Below, one piece after another: positions 41,468 to 46,817 of a DNA stretch of 46,817 nt (its first letter is position 1; the number at the start of each line of letters is the position of its first letter). The stretch is from a virus. Lineage: Duplodnaviria > Caudoviricetes. Where the stretch lies: IMG/VR virus record IMGVR_UViG_3300021082_000042, positions 1-46,817 of that record; one strand, given 5' to 3'. A program made the translations under genes and the position numbers. Under the pieces are notes generated by a model, which ran no database searches, was not told where the DNA came from, and worked only from the letters and a program-made list of their open reading frames with translations.

Positions 41468-42490
41468 CTAGATGACCTTCACCTTGAAGCTGGCGTTGGG
41501 CCGATAGGGCACCACGAGCGGCGCGCTCTGCAGCATGATGAAGCGCACGCTCGGATCCTCTTCGATCCAGGACTTCACGAAGTACGGCAGCGCCTGCAGC
41601 CCGGCCTGCTCGTCGCGGATCGCGCCGTAGGCACGGACGCCTTCCAGCGCGGGCGAGCACATGATGATCGAATCCGCCGGCAGAATGGCTTTTTCCACGC
41701 CATCGGCAGGATCGACGTACCAGCCGGAATAGACGTAGATGTTGAAGCCATCCACGTTCCCCATGAAGATCCCGCCTTCCTCGATCTGTGCGGGCTGGCC
41801 CATGGTGGGCTCTCCGGTCACTTTGCGCTGCAGGTTGAGGCGGTCGTTGACCTGGGGGTTGGCCCGGAAGACCTTCCACACCGGGACCGACATCACGACG
41901 TCAGTCGCCATCGTGCCCGTCTGCTGCAGGATGGTTTGCGACCAATCCTGGAGATTATCCAGCGGGTTCGTGGTGGTGACGCTCCACAACGGGTTGGCAA
42001 CGATGGTGTTTCCGGCCGCGCGCCCGAAGTCGATTACGACGGTTGGGTACTTGTCACCGGAGATCGTGGACTTTCCGGTCGCCAGCACCTCACCCGCCAT
42101 CACTTCCAGGCGGCGGTTGATCATATCGATCTGGTCCTGCATGTCCCGGGCGACCATCGCGCGCAGGCGGTCCCCCGGAGACATCGACCCGCCGATGCGT
42201 TCGCCCGCCCACCGCTTCAGGGGGCGATTCATATCGAAGACCCGCTTGTCCTTGATGTAGGCGGGTTTCAGGGTCGACGTTTTGTAGCCCAGGGAGGCCA
42301 CGATTTGCCCCTCAACGAGAGGCGAAACGAAAGGCGCCACGCGCCGCTTGCCGTCCAGGGTGTCGAAGTGAATCTCTTCGGACACTTCCGTCTGTGTGTT
42401 TGGGAAGTATCGGTCGAGTAGGAATTGCGAGCTGCCAAGCAGGCTGGCGACTACCGCATTCAGTACATCGGTCGAAAAAAGATCTGCCAT
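41468..42490 (-). CDS. Major capsid protein (lambda gpE family)
   Basis: FL..YFP...I.FD...R.APFVSP.V.G...KPAYIK.K...QSAPL.VP. Confidence 0.95.
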   Translation of the reverse strand: MADLFSTDVLNAVVASLLGSSQFLLDRYFPNTQTEVSEEIHFDTLDGKRRVAPFVSPLVEGQIVASLGYKTSTLKPAYIKDKRVFDMNRPLKRWAGERIGGSMSPGDRLRAMVARDMQDQIDMINRRLEVMAGEVLATGKSTISGDKYPTVVIDFGRAAGNTIVANPLWSVTTTNPLDNLQDWSQTILQQTGTMATDVVMSVPVWKVFRANPQVNDRLNLQRKVTGEPTMGQPAQIEEGGIFMGNVDGFNIYVYSGWYVDPADGVEKAILPADSIIMCSPALEGVRAYGAIRDEQAGLQALPYFVKSWIEEDPSVRFIMLQSAPLVVPYRPNASFKVKVI

Positions 42491-42571
42491 TGTCGTAAGC
42501 TCCTCGAATCGTAAAGGTTGCGGTTATGCCGCCCCACGGCTGGTCGCCATCAGCCGCGCGGCGGCGCTTCG

Positions 42572-43471
42572 TTACTCGGCCTTCTTGCTGCGGCCCGCAG
42601 CGCCGCTCTGATCGAGCGTGAAGGTCTTCCCGTTGATGTAGAAGTGGGCAGTACGGGCCGCGCCAGTGTTGGCCGCCGCCGTATAGGTGACCGTACCGCT
42701 GCCCGTTTGGGGTCCGGTCGGCGTGAAGGTGAGCCACGTTGCGGTCGAATCCTTATCGACCGTCCAGGTGCCGCTGGCCCCCGGCCCGGTGACCGTGACC
42801 GCGATGCTGCCATTTCCGCCTTCCGCCGGAACAGCCCCGCTGGCCGGGCTAATCGTCACGGGGGGAACATCGGGAATTTCTCCAGCGATCTCTATCGCGC
42901 TTGGCACGTCGGCGAGTTCGGGATTCTTTTCCCGCTCATCGGCTGTAAGGTAGGCGAGAGGATGGTCGATGCCTTCGGGCGGCGGTTCCGGTGCCTTCGC
43001 ACCCCTCGCGGCCCCGCCTTCACGGTTGAACTCCACCACGGCCTGCGCGCCTTGTGCCTGCGCCTCGGTCGGAACGGATTTAACCGTAATGCCATCGGTG
43101 AAGACGACGCTCTCGATGAGGATGCCGAAATCGCGCAAGGCATCGGACACGGCCGCATGGCCGAGGGCGGGCCACGTGATTGCGTCGGCCTTGAATTTGC
43201 CGCTCAGGTAGACACCCGCTGGAACGGTGGCGGAGGTCGCGTCTACGTCATCGACCAGAATGCCGTTGCAATCGGTGGCGAGAACGGGCAGCGTGATTAC
43301 CCCGGTGGCGGGGACGACGTTTACGATGGTGCCGCGCTTCAGGATGCCGATGCCAGAGGCTACGGTCCCGGTGCGGCTAACGACGTCATCCCCGTCGCTG
43401 AGTAGCGGGTTATATGCGGTCGGGGTGACGGTGGAAAAGCTGGCTTGTCCAATCGGACTATAAGTTGGCAT
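42572..43471 (-). CDS. Head decoration protein (gpD-like) fused to a BACON domain
   Basis: N-terminal GIL..DVDAT...VY.SG.F...AI.W; C-terminal WT...WLT....GSGTVTYT.AANTG.AR...I.G.TFT..Q. Confidence 0.85.
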   Translation of the reverse strand: MPTYSPIGQASFSTVTPTAYNPLLSDGDDVVSRTGTVASGIGILKRGTIVNVVPATGVITLPVLATDCNGILVDDVDATSATVPAGVYLSGKFKADAITWPALGHAAVSDALRDFGILIESVVFTDGITVKSVPTEAQAQGAQAVVEFNREGGAARGAKAPEPPPEGIDHPLAYLTADEREKNPELADVPSAIEIAGEIPDVPPVTISPASGAVPAEGGNGSIAVTVTGPGASGTWTVDKDSTATWLTFTPTGPQTGSGTVTYTAAANTGAARTAHFYINGKTFTLDQSGAAGRSKKAE

Positions 43472-43499
43472 TGATTAAAGCTCCTTTTTCCCTTTTGAT

Positions 43500-43925
43500 T
43501 TAGCTGGCCTTGAAGCGCCGGGCGGGACTGACGAACGCCAGGACGCGCTCGGCTTCCGCCGCAGGCGTATCCTGGTCGGCGGTGCCCAGGCCCACGGTTG
43601 GATTCTTCAGCCGCGCCATCTCAGCTTCGAGTGCGTTGGCTGCCGGGGCCGGGGCCGCCGCCGCCGCCGGGGCGGTCTTGAGAATCCGCTTGACGGTATC
43701 GACGTCGTGATGGGTTTCGAGGGCCAGGGTGCGCGCCAGATTCTCGCGGCCTTGAGCCTCCTCGCAATTTAGAATCGCCGTGATCCGCTGGCGGTCGGCG
43801 GCGACCGGATCTACCGGGGCCGGGTTGGCGACCGCAGGCGCGGGCGCGGGGGTTGGGGTCGGAGCCGCTGTTGCAGCCGGGGGTGCGGCGGGCGCGGGCG
43901 GGTCGGTTCGTTGTGGATCGGGCAT
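43500..43925 (-). CDS. Nested in-frame scaffold protein (Nu3-like)
   Basis: Internal AGGAGG-N5-ATG (MPDPQRT...); R..AIL.CEEA.GRE.LA..LA resembles Nu3. Confidence 0.75.
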   Translation of the reverse strand: MPDPQRTDPPAPAAPPAATAAPTPTPAPAPAVANPAPVDPVAADRQRITAILNCEEAQGRENLARTLALETHHDVDTVKRILKTAPAAAAAPAPAANALEAEMARLKNPTVGLGTADQDTPAAEAERVLAFVSPARRFKAS

Positions 43926-44828
43926 AGGTGCCTCCTGGGACAAGCTGGCGGCGGGTGCCGCCGCACTGAACGGAAAAGGAATCGGACGCGCGGCCCGTTC
44001 GGCGGCGAGTCCAGCAATGAGAGGTTCGAAGCTGCCGAGCGAATCGGCCATCCCGGCGGCGATGGACTGCCGTGCCGGCAGAATCGCGCCGCGCCCAAAA
44101 TCGCTGATGACGCGGTCGGCGGTCGTTCCGCGGAATTGCGCCACGCGCCCGATGAAGAGGTCGGCCAGGGAATCGGCAATCGCGGAAAGCTGCGCGCGGC
44201 CTTCGTCGGTGCGGATGTCGGTACGCTTCAGCGGCGATTGGCTAGAGACGATCTCATGCCGCCTAATGCCCTGGCGCTCCTGCGCGTCCCGGTTATCGGT
44301 GACGCTCACCACCACCCCGATGGACCCGAGGAAGGCGCTTTCGTTGGCGACGATCCGCGAGGCCGCCGCCGCCAGCCAGTAGCCACCCGAGGCCGCGAGG
44401 CCATCGACGTACGCGATGACGGGCTTCTTGGCTGCCCCGGCGCGGATCTGGTCGGCGAACTCGTTGATGCCGTCTACCTGCCCGCCGGGCGAATTCACGT
44501 TGAGGACGATCTGCGCGACGTTGGGGTTGTCGACCGCCGCCCGGAAGTCGCGCGAGAGGTTTTCAATCGAACTCGCGCCGCTGATCTCGGTGAAGATGCT
44601 GGCGTAACGGAACAGCGGCCCCTCGACGCCCAGGACCGCTACGCTGCCATGCATCTCGACGCGGCCTCCGGTATTTTCCAGCGGTTTGCCGATGCGCGCG
44701 GCCACGGCCTCGACGTCCACCGGGGCGCGCTCGACGATGCCGAGAATCGTCTCCATGGCGGCCTGGGTGATCGCCCAGGGGCGCTCCTGAATCTCGGCCA
44801 GAATGTGCAGCAGGGATCGGGTTCTCAT
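43500..44828 (-). CDS. S49 prohead protease (lambda gpC-like)
   Basis: NSPGG.V.G, AASGGYWLA, GSIGV. Confidence 0.95.
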   Translation of the reverse strand: MRTRSLLHILAEIQERPWAITQAAMETILGIVERAPVDVEAVAARIGKPLENTGGRVEMHGSVAVLGVEGPLFRYASIFTEISGASSIENLSRDFRAAVDNPNVAQIVLNVNSPGGQVDGINEFADQIRAGAAKKPVIAYVDGLAASGGYWLAAAASRIVANESAFLGSIGVVVSVTDNRDAQERQGIRRHEIVSSQSPLKRTDIRTDEGRAQLSAIADSLADLFIGRVAQFRGTTADRVISDFGRGAILPARQSIAAGMADSLGSFEPLIAGLAAERAARPIPFPFSAAAPAASLSQEAPMPDPQRTDPPAPAAPPAATAAPTPTPAPAPAVANPAPVDPVAADRQRITAILNCEEAQGRENLARTLALETHHDVDTVKRILKTAPAAAAAPAPAANALEAEMARLKNPTVGLGTADQDTPAAEAERVLAFVSPARRFKAS

Positions 44829-46540
44829 GCGGCTTTGGGCTCCTTTGCCGGGACGGGTTCTTCCGGCGGGTCCTCCTGCGCGGGCTGACTCTGCGGCCCG
44901 GCCTGCGGGGTGGCGGCAGCCGCCGGGTCCACGTACAGGTCCAACTGCTTGAGGCGCGCGATCTCCAGCGCCCGCTGTTCAATTACGTCATTCCAATCGA
45001 GGCCCTGCTCGGCGCATTCCATCTCAAGAGTCGAGATCATGCTGGTCATGCGCATCTGCGAGGCCGTGGCCTCCTTCACCGGGTCGATCCAGCCCCGGCC
45101 CGGCCCGATCCACTTCGCGCGGGAATAGTAGGCGATGTTTTGGTAGTAGTTCGGTGCTTCGATGAGGCCCGCGTTGACCGCCTCCTCCAGCCATAGGCGA
45201 AACACCGGGGCCGCCCAATACGTCGCCAGCCACACGCGGCGATTGATGAAGAAGCGCCACGCCTCCAGCAGCGAGGCACGCGCCGAGGAGTAGTTCGTCT
45301 TCGAAAAATCCTTCAGCATCAACTCGTAGGGCATTCCAAGCGCGGTGCCGATCTGCCGCACCACGGCCTCGACGAAGTTGGAAAACTGCGGGGCGGGCCG
45401 CGCCGGGGTAAAGGGCGTCATCTTGTCGCCCGGGTACAACGGGATGAAGGTTCCGCCTTCCAATTGAATCCGGTATTCCCCCTTGGTGGCGAGGTACTTA
45501 TTCGCATCGCCGCCCATCATCTCGGCAATGCCCGCCGGGTCGAGGGGCGTCTCAATCACGCCAGCCACCAGGGAATTGACGATGGACGATTGCAACTCCG
45601 TGCGCTGGTAGCTATCCAGCATTCGGAACTGCTCCATCACCGGAGCCAGCAGCGGCTTGCCGCGCGTTTGATCGACCCGCTCCTGGGCCATGCAGTGAAG
45701 CACCCGCTTGCGGCCCCAGGGCGTCTCGGCGGGGATGCGCTCGAATTGCGAGGATCCGAAGCCCGGGAATAGCATCCCCATCCAGGTGTCGACCCTACGG
45801 ATGTGATAGGCGAGAGGACGACCGAACGCATCGGTTTCCACGCCGCCGCGCAGCCGGGGAGTAGGAATCGCGGTGTCGGGATTGTCTAATCGGTCCGTGT
45901 CGACCAGCTGCAGGCACGTGCGGAACTGGCTATCGGGCCGCTCCAGCCACAGCGGCAGCGCCAGCGCCTCGCCATTCTGCAGGGTGGATCGGAAGACAAG
46001 TTGCGTGAGCGATGCGAAGTTCTGCCGCCCGGAAGCATCGCAGGCGCAGGATTCGCTCCACGCGCGCCAGAGGCTTTCGACGTTGCGGCTCCACTCCTCG
46101 GCCCAATGGATATCGCGCCCGAGCGCCCGGTAATCGGGCCACGAGGAAAGGCGCAGGCCGATGCCGACCGTGTTGTCCTGCAGGGTCTGGAAAGCACCCG
46201 CCGCGATGCCGTTATTGCGGTCGAGATCGCGCGACCGGGCGACCAGTAGATCCTGGTCCGGGAGTAGATCGGCGTCGGCGGGGGCGCGAACGGGCTGCCA
46301 GTTCGACATCTGCTTCCGCACGCGCGATGCCCCGGCGTAAGACGAATCGCGGTAGCCGTATTGCACGCCCGGCACCGAGGCGGGGGTGTCCTGGGCCTGC
46401 GGCTGCCCCCGGAAGCGCGCCAGGGCGGCGCGAATAGCCTTCCACGGTGGCAAAGCGGCTGCCCGGGGAGTCGGGTCCGTTGGTTGTAGCCCGATGCCGT
46501 TCGGTCGTCCCGACCCGGCGGGTAATCGCTCTGTACTCAT
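44825..46540 (-). CDS. Portal protein, lambda family
   Basis: ARSRDL.RNN.IA.G, QTRG.P.LAPV, NYSSARASL, GRGWIDP.KE. Confidence 0.95.
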   Translation of the reverse strand: MSTERLPAGSGRPNGIGLQPTDPTPRAAALPPWKAIRAALARFRGQPQAQDTPASVPGVQYGYRDSSYAGASRVRKQMSNWQPVRAPADADLLPDQDLLVARSRDLDRNNGIAAGAFQTLQDNTVGIGLRLSSWPDYRALGRDIHWAEEWSRNVESLWRAWSESCACDASGRQNFASLTQLVFRSTLQNGEALALPLWLERPDSQFRTCLQLVDTDRLDNPDTAIPTPRLRGGVETDAFGRPLAYHIRRVDTWMGMLFPGFGSSQFERIPAETPWGRKRVLHCMAQERVDQTRGKPLLAPVMEQFRMLDSYQRTELQSSIVNSLVAGVIETPLDPAGIAEMMGGDANKYLATKGEYRIQLEGGTFIPLYPGDKMTPFTPARPAPQFSNFVEAVVRQIGTALGMPYELMLKDFSKTNYSSARASLLEAWRFFINRRVWLATYWAAPVFRLWLEEAVNAGLIEAPNYYQNIAYYSRAKWIGPGRGWIDPVKEATASQMRMTSMISTLEMECAEQGLDWNDVIEQRALEIARLKQLDLYVDPAAAATPQAGPQSQPAQEDPPEEPVPAKEPKAA

Positions 46541-46797
46541 GGGCACGCCTCGATGTTGATGGGCCGCCGCCGCATTCCCGCGCCCGTCGTGGTGCCCGTC
46601 AGTGCAGCACACTCGGCGGCCAGCCCGTCGATGATACGCTGCAGGTCGGCGATCTTTCCGGGGCTGTATTCGACACGCCCGAGTTGAGGTGTGTCCACGC
46701 TGACGACCGCCTGGCCGGATGCCAGCAGCAGCATCTGTTGTTTGGCTTGAATCAGCGCCTCGCAGGGGCTGATCGGTACGCTGGCTCTAACGATCAT
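46537..46797 (-). CDS. Head completion protein (gpW-like)
   Basis: L.SGQ.V.SV...RVEY....ADL.R.I..L...RR.P; directly upstream of the portal. Confidence 0.85.
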   Translation of the reverse strand: MIVRASVPISPCEALIQAKQQMLLLASGQAVVSVDTPQLGRVEYSPGKIADLQRIIDGLAAECAALTGTTTGAGMRRRPINIEACP

Positions 46798-46817
46798 TCA
46801 GGAATCTCCCTCGCCCG

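Larger units (their letters stand above)
1..46817. mobile_element. Temperate lambda-like siphophage (partial genome)
   Basis: Head, tail, repressor, recombination, integrase and replication modules present; no host genes seen. Confidence 0.95.

Noticed and set aside
46798-46817. 3' end of the terminase large subunit
   Set aside because: The position fits, but 20 bp is too little to support a call

Overview
The whole window reads as a GC-rich temperate siphovirus with a lambda-like head module. No host housekeeping genes are visible, and almost all genes are on the minus strand. From right to left: gpW-like adaptor, portal, S49 protease with a nested Nu3-like scaffold, decoration protein fused to a BACON domain, capsid E, head-tail genes, tail tube, tail chaperones with a -1 frameshift, tape measure, tail tip and fibres (46.8-24.6 kb). 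Next come a plus-strand XRE repressor and a strong leftward sigma70 promoter (24.2 kb). The early operon follows, with YqaJ, RecT, a metallopeptidase, ParB-N, an excisionase, an orphan integrase arm-binding domain and a large serine recombinase (24.0-15.3 kb). Then come VRR-NUC and a replication initiator with internal iterons (13.9-12.0 kb), and about 30 small accessory genes ending in DUF3768 and DUF3489 (12-0.2 kb). The integrase is interior with phage genes on both sides, so this is probably the non-integrated arrangement. No lysis genes are recognisable and the terminase lies outside the window. The most unusual signals are non-coding or hidden: (1) two diverged copies of a ~160-180-nt four-hairpin element (676-836 and 3709-3885); (2) an anti-Shine-Dalgarno tract in a 3' UTR that is complementary to the RBS of three phage genes; (3) a hidden 24-aa leader peptide coupled to the rep gene, with an antisense terminator; (4) a candidate attP inside the 3' end of the serine recombinase gene, behind a xis / arm-domain / hidden-ORF cassette. 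All family assignments come from motif recognition by eye; no database search was run.
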